DNA from: Vermamoeba vermiformis
Lineage: Eukaryota
DNA: 64,000 bases
NCBI GenBank assembly: GCA_045837725.1
Contig: JBEWZL010000132.1
Coordinates: 1 to 64,000, forward strand
Reading direction: 5' to 3'
The notes under the pieces were generated by a model. It was given only the letters and a program-made list of their open reading frames with translations. It had not been told where the DNA came from and searched no databases. Position numbers and translations under genes: made by a program. Of the stretch, positions 39,070 through 50,503 are shown one piece after another. The stretch's first letter is position 1. Each line of letters starts with the position of its first letter.

Positions 39070-39210
39070 GCCAAAATCGTACCTGACTTATCCCAAGCGG
39101 CCTAATGAAAAGGCCAATACGATAATACTTGCGTGTGCTCTTCTATTTACTTATAACTCGACGAGATGGCCAAAATCGTACCTGACTTATCCCAAGCGGC
39201 CTAATGAAAA
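39070..39210. repeat. Perfect 42-bp direct repeat (39070-39111 and 39169-39210) in a divergent intergenic region
   Basis: gccaaaatcgtacctgacttatcccaagcggcctaatgaaaa occurs twice with a 57-bp spacer. Confidence 0.95.
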
Positions 39211-39670
39211 TCCAGGCCGTTACCCTGCTGTGGCTAAAAATTAAGTTTTTTCAGTGAACGAGATAAAACTTGTCGGTAACTCCGTCCGATTGATGTACAG
39301 CGATTTGAGAAGGATAATTAAAGCCTATGAGGGGTCTCAAGACTATCTGAACTACCGCAATGCGTGGCGCGGAGCGGATGTAAGTGTGAAAGTGGATGGC
39401 CAGCGAGATCGAGAGACCTTGCCCCAAATGTAACCCGAGATGATCAAAAGGGAATGTGAGTTTCGATCAAATTGTGAGCCTGAATTGTCTATAAAAGGAA
39501 ACTCGGTCTGGCTCAAAAAAATAAACTGAAAAACGAATTTTAGTTTTGTTGTAATAAACGAAGCCAACAAGCGCAAGCCTTTTTGTCATAGAAGAAGGTC
39601 GCACAACAGCGCTATACTTGTACATCCATATCTGTATATTATATTCACCAAGTAGAAATCCAACGTTGAG

Positions 39671-41925
39671 ATGCAGTGTTGTGGTGGTGGCGGCAGTCAA
39701 ACGGATACTCAAGCCACCGCGCAGTCAAAGGAAATTGATAAAGGCTTGAAAGGCGAAAAGAAGACCGCGAACAAGAAAATTAAATTATTGCTTTTGGGTG
39801 AGCTTGCTAATATCAAAAATAATTTAGATTGATCAATAGAAAAATATTAAATGGATGATTTCATACTAATTATTTTTGCGTAAATATAGGTATTGGTGAT
39901 GCTGGTAAAAGTACATTTGCCAAGCAAATGAAAGTGCTGCATAAAAATGGATTCTCACCGACCGAGTTCGACCGATTTAAAAACGTTATTCATGACAATG
40001 TTATCACATCGATGAGACAAATATTAGATTTTGCAGAGAAGCATGATTTAACACCAAAGAAATTACAAGTAAGTGATTAATCAGGCAAAGTTGGGAATCC
40101 TTTGGCCAGATCTACGAACAAATTCGAATTTACGATTTGTGCAATCTCGGTAGCATCCATTTGCTACTACATCTTGTACTCACGTATATTCATTTAATTA
40201 TTCGACTGTAGTATATTGATTCAAGCTCATGTTATTCAATTCGAATCTAACTGTCATATCCGAAGGATTCCATTACCGCAGTTCACAATGCTACTGATTT
40301 CAATGCAGACTTAGCAGAACATATAGGGTAAGCATCTTATATTCCCATATACAAGCTCTGAATTTTCTGATTGCGTTTGAATCTTCCAAAACGAGACACC
40401 AGATTTAAATCTAACACCTCTCCCTTTGTTAGAAAATTGTGGAAAGACAAGAATATTAAGAAAGTATGGGAAAGACGAAACGAATTCGCTATCATGTCCT
40501 GCGCAGACTAGTGAGTATCAGTTTACGAGACTCGATGCAGAGTTCATTTTCTCCATTCTCTATTTTGAGCATTGGGAGTGCGAGAAATATGAACAAATTA
40601 ATTATTAAGATATTATGCACGATGAATGATACTCAGGAAGGCTCTAACAAGTCTTTTTTTCCTTAATCCAGCTATTTCAATGAGCTTGATAGAATCGCTC
40701 AAAAAGAGTATACACCGACTCAAGACGATATTCTTCGCTCCAAAATGCGAACTACAGGTGTTATTGAAACTATATTCGAGGTACGTCTAGAGATTTTTGC
40801 CTAATATTAGCATTAATTAAATTGATTTTTGACTTGACATCCGCCAATTGATTTGTGAAAGGTTATAAATATGTACACGGAAGATACTATAGGACACGGC
40901 AAAAAATTGCAACTTTTCGAGGGGACTGCCTTGATAGTTGCAATCAATTTGTCGTTTCCATATCTTATTTATTCCGCTGCAAGTGCGCGGTGTTATTTTT
41001 ATCACAAAAATAATCATTTTAATATCGTTTCGCGATATAAAGCGCTTATTATAATAATTTGATACTGCGGGCTGATTTGAAGGTCTTGCCAGCGTGCATC
41101 ACTCGCGCAAGATCTGAAAACTGAGCTTCAGTTGCAAATTGCAATTTTCTGCAATATTTGTGCGACAATACGACGTGTATTTATTCTAATACTTATTTTG
41201 AATAGGCCTCAGATATTGAATTCAGTCTGGTCGATGTCGGTGGTCAACGAAGCGAACGACGAAAGTGGTTGCACGTATTTGAAAATGTTACTGCCGTTAT
41301 TTTCTTGGCTGCTTTGGATGCATGTAAGTACCAGATATATATTCATATTCAAGAGACTAAGCGTTCTAGAGCTCGTTACAAACTCGAAAAGAATTTTGTT
41401 TAAATTTAGTAATTAAAGCTGAAATTGTGTACTAATTGCATTGTTATTTATAGATGATATGATGTTAGAAGAAGCACCCGATGTTAATCGAATGACTGAG
41501 TCTCTCCGCGTATTCCACGAGATTACCGGATCTCAATGGTTCAGAAACACTTCTTTTATTTTATTCTTAAACAAGAGCGATTTGTTCGCCGAGAAGATTA
41601 AGCGAAGCCCACTGAACGTGCTCTTCCCAGAATACGAAGGTAATTAACTCTTCTTCGAAATTCTCAAGCCCGTGTAACGGCGCATCTGATCCCGAAACGA
41701 AATTTGTTCAATTTTTGATTTTGGTTCTAATTTATTTATGTAGGTGGAGACAATTCAGAGGAGGGTCTCGCCTTCATTAGAGAAAAATACAAGATGAATT
41801 TTGGAGGCCAAACTTTGTACCATTACGAGACTTGCGCGATCGACACGAAGAATATCGAACGAGTATTCAATGCCGTTAAGGATACGTTGATTGCTAAAGC
41901 CTTAAAAGAGACTGGTTTCATCTAA
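39671..41925 (+). CDS. Heterotrimeric G protein alpha subunit
   Basis: [45 protein letters not shown]; starts MQCC. Confidence 0.95.
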
Positions 41926-42305
41926 ACGGTGGATGCCTAGTCTTCTTTTAATCTTATAATCTTATTTATAAATGCGTTTTTGATTTTTCAAATTGTTTGC
42001 AATAATAGCAAAAGGAGGATAAAGCTCTTTTGTTCGAAATAATCGCGGATAATAATATAAAATAACATGTGCAAATAACTCTTATTTATAATACCAACCC
42101 AATAACACTAATAATATTTTTTTTGATAATTCCGTTCCATTACTCGGACAATTGAGAAATAACTCCTTTTATTTTGTACTCAAAAGAGAATTGTATAAAT
42201 ATAAACGTTCTTTTGTTTCACCCAATAATTCTTTCGAAAATAGAACTCCGTGGATTCGACCGACATATTATGCATCAATATCAAAATACAAAACGAATAT
42301 ATAAC

Positions 42306-44220
42306 TTATTTCATATGCATCATCTTCGAGTATTCCTTTTGGAAGAAAGAAACACCGTTTTCTTTCTCTGGATGCAGCAATCCAATCGAGTAAATTCCGT
42401 TGTCCAAATTCTTTTGAACATTGATGCAGAGATCCAAATCTTCCTTAGTTAATGTTGAATTAGTGTCAGCGAGCTTCTCGTGGCTGTTGAGAGGATCGGC
42501 AGGGTTCTCGAAGAAGGTGTAGATCAGTTTCATCTTGTTGTGCGAGACAGGTTCCCAACGCTCAATGGACGTGCCGTAGCTGTAGATGTTGAGGCCCAAG
42601 TTGGGATAGAGATAGACCCACATGCCGCTGTTGTCCTCCTTGCCTAATGTAAGTCATAGTTAGCTAATCGCGCCTTGTTAACTGGTTGCAACTCAGGTTC
42701 AAACACGCGATCCGAAAGGGACCTAATGTGAACTCTGTCACCGAGCAAATAGCATATTATGGCGAAAAAGAGTTATTATAATAGTATCAATACTAGTGCA
42801 TTGCCTATTATATGCTCTTGAAGGTGAGGATAAAGTTTTTTGGATCTGTTACGCACTCGCGGATCTCCGTCACTATTATCAAGTCACTTACCTTTACGAG
42901 TAGGCACAGAGTGAATGGCATGACCACCGCCCATGGGGTGATTCCAGACATCAACCTTGTAGTAGCGGCAATCGACTACTTTGTCTAAGGCTGGATGCGC
43001 AACAGGCACGTGATAACCTTCTTGATAATTGTCAACGTAAGTCTTCCAGTTAATATCGACTTCGTGTGTGGCCTCTCTGAAGTATTTGTATGTCTCGAGG
43101 TTATACTTCTCAGTCAGCTTGACCAAAGGCCCCAAGTACTCGCGCAAAGAAACGGATGTGGATACGTCCAAGTTGACGAAGACCCAGTTGCTACAAAGTG
43201 GTTAGTAAGAAGTGTTAATACAACGGATTATAGTGTACGTACTTCCAATGGTCTACTTTAATAGGGAACAACGACAGGCCTTCCTTGAGATCCTCGCTCA
43301 AATCCAAACTAGCGGCCTTCTTCAATTTACCAGATTTATCATACAGCCAGCCATGATAACTATAAGTATTTTCTATGATTAGAAACGGTAATCCTACGTA
43401 GGATACTAAAGAACGTACCCACAACGAAGAGATTCGCATTTGCCGGAGCTACCGAAGGGCAAGACGGGGTAAGCACGGTGTCTGCATACATTATGGAAGG
43501 CATTGATTTTTCTCTCTTCATTCCTATTTGAATCATAGTTAATTTTGTTGGGTCACGACAATTTACTAATCTGGTCCAACGGCTAGATCGAAATGTGATC
43601 TCGAATGAAAGGCGATTTTGAGGTAAAATTATTCTTGACGCACGTGTTATATTATTGTGATCATATTTTGACCGCTGATCGGTTATTTTATTCAAGATCG
43701 CGTCCTTTCAATCGACAAAAAAAGATATTGCTCCAACCTTAATTCCGAAGCAGCGCAAAATAGGGAAAATTATTAATATAAAGTACTTACTTCATTACCA
43801 CAATAGGAAGGCTGCCGACGGTGGCTGTGAAGTAATCGCCAGGTTCTTTAAGTTGATCTAATCTACCGACGCACTGCCAAGTCTTGCCGAAGATGTTCTT
43901 TTTCTCTGCATCAAAAATCTAAAGTAATTGTATTAATTATTGGCTCGATCGAGTCTGCGTATTAACCTTGGAAAAGTCAATCCGCATTTTTTAAAATTTA
44001 AGAAATTTACCTTTGGATCTTTGTAGAAATCAGCAGGAAGAGTCCACACTTGATCTTTATGGACTTCATTGAGGTTGGCGGCTTTTTGAGCGGCTTTTGT
44101 CGTATAGGCCCTAGCAAACAGCATTGTGGCCTGCGATCGAGCCGTCTGCGAGCCTCGTGCGGCACGAAGGATGGTTTTGCTCTTTGTTACAACTCTTGAA
44201 AGTAAGGTAAGCGTATTCAT
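42306..44220 (-). CDS. Rieske non-heme iron oxygenase (choline monooxygenase-like) with predicted mitochondrial presequence
   Basis: NVCRHR...C.YHGW Rieske motif, NWK.YVDNYQEGYHV...H, YPN, ED...C..VQ.NL; Arg/Ser/Thr-rich N-terminus. Confidence 0.9.
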
Positions 44221-44619
44221 ATTCTAGAATGTTTGTTGCTTCCTTTATCTAGCGCTACAACAAAACAGATCCGATCAAGAAAAAATTTTACGACCGCCAC
44301 GTGATCGCTGGGTTGAAAACCGTAAAATACCTTTATATTCATGAATTAACAAAAAAAGCAGGCCGAAACCAATGCTTCCAGATAACCAGCGTTGCTCTAG
44401 CGCGGCCAAGAAAAAGATCAAACCACAGATCCGTTTCGCGTGGCCCAAAGTGCAAATAATTCAACAATATCTCTCGAGGAGACGGTAAGCGACTTATTTG
44501 TAAAGGCATTGCATTGTTTTAAGCTGAAAAATCTTCGGTTTATTTTGGGTACCATACCAAAATAGAGCTGGTACTTCTAGCATTGTTTATTATGTACTAC
44601 AAAGATAGCATAATATTAT

Positions 44620-44967
44620 CTAAATTTTGTTGAACGCAAAAATGTCTACTGAACGAATTTGGTCTTCATCTGCTTGCAAAATTTGATCGGTAAGGTCGTC
44701 GACCGACAATTCGTCTTCAATAGTGCTTATAATGCGCATTTTTACAATTCCATAAGCGATAGGGATAATTTGTACAGCTCCCCAGCAAACCAGACCTGGC
44801 ATCTGGATTGATTTAATTTTGTTCTCGAGTTCTTTGAGCACGTCTTCTGCAAGATTGGGTTCGCTGAGAGAAATATCGAATATTACGGATGATTTGCCCA
44901 TGATAGTCTTTCGGGTGCTATGTTTTGCTTTCTGCTTCTGATCTTCCTCTGTTGTTTGAAGGATATG
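44620..44967 (-). CDS. Elongation factor 1-beta/delta-like guanine nucleotide exchange domain (5' end uncertain)
   Basis: KSSVIFDI...IKSIQMPGL..WG.....IAYGI.K...IEDE.SVD.L...SVDI.AFNKI. Confidence 0.85.
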   Translation of the reverse strand, partial: HILQTTEEDQKQKAKHSTRKTIMGKSSVIFDISLSEPNLAEDVLKELENKIKSIQMPGLVCWGAVQIIPIAYGIVKMRIISTIEDELSVDDLTDQILQADEDQIRSVDIFAFNKI

Positions 44968-45221
44968 CTAATACTAGGAAATTAAGATGCTTTTATGCTC
45001 TCCAGTCACATCATTAAGGATGGATACCCCCTCCAGCTTCTGTTCAATTTCGCGGTGATTCTCCAAACTCCCCCTCTGACCCACACCTCTGACCACCTGT
45101 CAGGAAAGCTTGGTTCGGTTTAGAATTTCAATTTTTCAATGAAATCGTAGCTAGTAGTATTACATTCTCGTTTATTTCACAAATACGAGCAGTTTAGCGG
45201 GACTGCATTATTTGGCCGGGT

Positions 45222-47514
45222 CTAATCCGTGTGGCTATCCGCAAGAAATTCAAAATTTTGTTCAAATTGCGCTATGACAGTCTCCATTGATGGTCGATCT
45301 TTAGGATCTTTGCTCCAGCACTTTTCAATAATGTCAACCAGTCGCTGATCTGTTCCTTCGGGCAGCTTTTCGTGTGCGCCTTTGTCTCGAATATCAATGG
45401 CTGCGGCGAATATATCTTCGTCGTCAAAAGGAGCCTTTCCAGTCAGAATCTCGAAGCACACATTAGCGAACATCCAGACATCTGTGAGTCAAAAGAGGTC
45501 GGTTAGCGAGACATCCATTGCTGTCGTGTCGGACGTACCTGACTTTGGCGAGTACACTTGACTTGCAATCGACTCTGGTGCCATCCACTTGACTGGTCCA
45601 ATGTTGGTCTTGGTTTGACCCATCTGCTCATTTGAAGTCACGAATCGTGACATGCCAAAGTCCTGGAAAAAAAGTGTCAAAAACTATTGTGACGCAGTCA
45701 CCGACGAATGGTGTAAACACGGTGGAATTTCACAGTGACGAATTGCTTGGAAAGGAGGAGGCGATACGTACCGAAATCTTTGGTTGACCTCGATTGAGCA
45801 AGATATTTCGTGCAGCCAAGTCTCTGTGCACGATATCATTGGTGTGCAAGTGGTAGACACCGCATGCTGTGCCATACATCAACTTCAATCTCTCGTTGAA
45901 AGACAGGTCAGGATTGTCCTTGAGATACTTCTCGAGACTGCCACCGTTGCAGTACTCGAGCACAATGGCTGGCTGAGCGCCGTCAGTGCAGATACCAATC
46001 AACTGAACGATGTTTGGATGAGGTTTCATCTTGCAGTAGAGATCTGCTTCGTGTTGGAAGTCTTGCAATGCTTCGATTTGATGGTAGTACTTGACTGCTA
46101 CTTTCGCGTTGCTGAATTTTGCGATGAATACTTTGCCGTAGTTTCCGCTACCGATTTCTTTCTCGAGCTTGATCTGCGAAGCCATGACACGGTTCTTTTC
46201 GTTGCTAATGTTCGGACTTCCAGACGGGCTGCCGTTCAGTGAAGGCACTGCGCCGTAGATCGTTTCGCCGGAGTTGGTGCTCGTCAGCTCGTCTTCGTCT
46301 TTCTTCTCTTTCTTCTTTTTCTTTTGCATCTTTTTCACGCCAAAGAAAACTCCGAGGAATATTGCGGCGGCACCAGCGACTGAGAGCGACACGCCGAGGC
46401 CAATGCCCAAAGCGTCCGGTCCTGGCGGAGCTGTTCCGTTGACAGATGGTTGATTGACATTGTTGACAACATTAGGCGTGACTTGTGTAGGACTATTGCT
46501 CGTAGGAGTACCAGCTGTTGGCGGAGGATTTTTGAGCTCTGCAAATAGTCTGTTAGTTCATGAACGGCTCGTTCAGAGAAAACATACCAAGACTCATAGT
46601 CGGACCTGTAAAATTGACCGATCGTCGACTAGCGAACTCCGTCTCATCACTGCCACTAGCTATTAGCATAAAAGTGAGCCTGGCTGTTAAATTATTAGTT
46701 TGGATCCAAAGTCGCATTTCGATCTGGTACCTGGTGACGGGTTTGCAGGAAGCCAAGCTGTTACTACGGTTGTAACATCAAACACCATTTTTGCATCTGC
46801 TATGGGAGGTATGATGTTTGTCGTGATATTCGCGTAATTGGTGAGAAAATCCGCTACGAAGCGATCACTTGTCAGTTGTGATTGATTTTGGGTCAAGACT
46901 AGACTATAAAGTCCTGTTCAATACTAATTGAATTTTAAAATCATACCCATATTATTCCAAGTAATTGAACCCGAATTCCAAGTTTGAGTTGAATTGCAGA
47001 TGCACAACGTCATCGTTTCTCCACTTGCAACAAGAATATTATCGCCAAAGTACAAAATAAGCCTATGCGTTGGTAACAATTAATCATGATTTATGGCAGT
47101 ATAGTCGAAGCCTTACTTGGCGCTGATCACTTCCCAGCTGGTCCGATTGGCAGGAAAGTCCCAACCGACAAAGCCGCGAAAGTAATACAAATCAGTTTCG
47201 TTAGGACTTCGTACTCTGATTACATCTAAAAATATATCTCGAAATACATCGTCTGGGAAACCTCTGGCAACGAATCCGTCATCTGAGCTGATAAGATCGA
47301 GGGCTGTAAGAATATAAATTGTCAATACTCACAAATTGAATTAAATTAATATGTGGTTAAGCTTAGGCGGTTAGGTTTTTTAAAGGTGAATAAAAATTTA
47401 GAATTGATTTAACAAAAAGTATTTTTTTTGCTGGATCCATCACTTACTTTGAGAGTACGTTAGGCAGCTAAGCGCATAAACGCATAATATTGTAATTAAA
47501 GTCCTGCAGGTCAT
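45222..47514 (-). CDS. Receptor tyrosine kinase-like protein, copy 1 (signal peptide, DNRLRE/CBM96-like ectodomain, TM, kinase)
   Basis: Signal MTCRTLITILCVYALSCLTYSQ, TM GIGLGVSLSVAGAAAIFLGVFFGV, GSGNYG, HRDLAARN, DFG, PVKWMAPE. Confidence 0.9.
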
Positions 47515-47847
47515 TATGTCCGGATTCAAAGTAAGACTAACTTGATGGTGACGTGCGTCACACCATGAAGTGTCAAAAAATGAAACGGATCTACCCCTTC
47601 TGTTGTAAAGTAGTAAATCTATCAATAAAATAAAATTAAAGCTTTGACTAAACTCAATAACGAGCACAACGCCAATTTTAGCCGGTTTACGTAATTCACA
47701 ACGGTTGCGGGTTTACGTTAAGGCTGACTACTTTTTTAGTAAGTTTTAGACAAACCTTAGTTAGGTCATGACACAGGAAGTTCGTAATTTGATATTAAAA
47801 TGTTATTTACACAGGTTATTCTAGAATACATAGGTTCGTGACCGGAT

Positions 47848-50216
47848 CTAATCGCTTTCACTTTCGCCAATAAAATCGAACTTTTGTTCGAACTCTTCAA
47901 TAACAGTGTCCATTGACGGCCTGTCATTCGCGTCTTTGCTCCAGCACTTTTCGAGAATTTCGACCAGTCGCGGATCTGTACCTTCGGGCAGTTCAGGATG
48001 TTTTCCGTTATCTCGGACATCAATAGCGACAGTGAAAATATCTTCGTTCTCGAAGGGAATCTTATTGGTGAGAATTTCATAGCATACATTAGCGAACATC
48101 CAGACATCTATTCGTTGAAAGTTGTTAGTGGACAACAGATCCAAAAGTTCGTTTGTAGAACGTACCTGACTTTGGCGAGTACACTTGACTTGCAATCGAC
48201 TCTGGAGCCATCCACTTGACTGGTCCGATGTTGGTCTTGGTGTGGCCCATCTTCTCGTTTGAAGTCACGAATCGTGACATGCCAAAGTCCTGGAAAAAAT
48301 GTGTCAAAAACTGATCTGTCGACAGATGGTGTAAAGACGGTTAACTTTGCTGTTACAATGACTGATTGCTTGGAAAGGAGCGAGTGATACGTACCGAAAT
48401 CTTTGGTTGACCTCGATTGAGCAAGATATTTCGTGCAGCCAAATCTCTATGCACGATATCGTTGATGTGCAAGTGACACACGCCACAAGCCGTGCCGTAC
48501 ATCAACTTGATCTTCTCTTCATCGGATAACAGTGGGTTGGCTTTGATGTACTTGTCGAGACTGCCACCGTTGCAATACTCGAGCACAATGGCTGGCTGAG
48601 TGCCATCAGTGCAAATACCAATCAACTGAACGATGTTTGGATGAGGTTTCATCTTGCAGTACAGATCTGCTTCGTGTTGGAAGTCTTGCAATGCTTCGAT
48701 TTGATGGTAGTACTTGACTGCTACTTTTGCATTGTTGAACTTTGCAATGTACACTTTGCCGTAGTTTCCACTGCCAATCTCTTTGTCGAGCTTGATTTGT
48801 GAGTTCTTAATGTGCGTGTTCACGACGCTGTTGGGACTACTGCCACCAGCGACACTAGAGCTAAGAGGCACTGCTTCGTAGATAGTTTCAGTTGGTCTAG
48901 GACTCTCAGCATCAGCAGCTTTCTTCTCTTTCTTCTTCTTTTGCATTCTTTTCAGGCCGAAGAACAATCCGAGGAATATGCCTGCTGCTCCAGCGACTGA
49001 CAGTGACACGCCGAGGCCGATGCCTAGCGAATCTGGTCCAGCAGGGGCAGTGCTGTTTAGATTGGAGTTGTTATTGTCCACTTGAGGTGTAAGCGCGTTT
49101 GGCGTGACTCCCGCGGGACTGTTGCTGGCCACCGGTGCACCGGATGTAGGGCCACTAACAGGTCCCGCGACAGGTCCTGCGACAGGTGTTGTTACTGGCG
49201 CTGCTACTGGCGCCACTGGTGCGACAGGCGGAGGTGTTCCGAACGCTTTAAATTCCGTTAGTTCATGAATGAATGGTTCAGTGAAAACATACTGAGTGAC
49301 AGGGTTGGAGGCGAGTATTTTGTCGATCTCTTGCTGGCAAATTGAGTTTCTTGGGCTGTAGCAGCATTGAGTATCAAGGTCAGCCGTGCTATAGTCAAAA
49401 TAAATAAGAATAAGTCTACTGTCGTCGGAAAATTGTGCGCCGATCCGTACCTGGCGCGGGGTTCGCTGGCAACCACGTATTAAGGGCGTTGGTAATATCA
49501 TACGTCATTTTACCGGCCGATAATGGAGGAATTACCAGGGATGAAAGTATTTGAAAATTTGTGCGCCAAGCAGCTGATTTAAAAAAACGGTTAGATCACA
49601 CTTGTTTTTTACTGTCGGAATTATAATCGAATCATACCCATGCTATTCCATGTGAATGTAGCTGAATCCCATGGGCTAGTTGAGACGCATAAGCCCAAGG
49701 TCATTGTGTCTCCACTAGCGATCAGAACGGTGTCGCCGAAGGGCAAAGTCAGTCTTGAAGTATTAGATCAGTTAATATAATAATAACTTCGTAGTGTAAA
49801 ATAGTATTATTAACCTACAAGGCACTGCTGACCTGCCATTCGGTTCTATTAGCTGGGAAGTCCCATCCAACAAATCCGTAGAAGTAGTAAGTTGGATATG
49901 AGTCACCACTCGTAGGACTGCGAACCCTAATTACATCAGGAAATAAATCCGTCCACGTGTAAGTAACGTCGTCCAAGCCTACGAATCCATCATCCGTGCT
50001 TATAAAATCGATTGCTAAATAAACAAAAAAATGGTTAAAACTAGGTCGTATATTATTGTCTTTTGGGCCTTTGACAAAATAAAAAGAAAATTTTGAATTT
50101 ACGAAAATTTAACGGTCAGTGCACCGATCTGCCACACGTTTTGTTTACTTACTTTGTGCGGAGGATAGTGCCCACAACAATGACAGTAATATAATAAATA
50201 TAGTCTTGCCAGCCAT
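47848..50216 (-). CDS. Receptor tyrosine kinase-like protein, copy 2 (tandem paralog)
   Basis: Signal MAGKTIFILLLSLLWALSSAQ, PVA-repeat stalk, TM, HRDLAARN, PVKWMAPE; same exon structure as copy 1. Confidence 0.9.
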
Positions 50217-50503
50217 TAAGTCTGATTCAAAATAAATAATCAATTCGGTACAAAGACCGTAAAGTTAGTCTTTACGCCAATATAAGAGTGAACGCTGAAA
50301 AAGCGGCTCTGATTGTGCTGGACGTGATTGTGAAGAAAATAATTCAAATTTTAGGACCAAAACTAATTTCCTCCCTGCCAAATTTGGAGTTACGGATCCT
50401 CGTTTTGTGAATTACATTTAAATTTTAGTGTTTTGGCCCTGCGGTTATGAATCGATAAATAATTTATTTACATAGTGCATAATGTGTTGACGTGCTCCGT
50501 CTC

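Noticed and set aside
39070-39210. CRISPR-like repeat-spacer-repeat
   Set aside because: Only two repeats, a 57-bp spacer, no cas genes, and a eukaryotic context.
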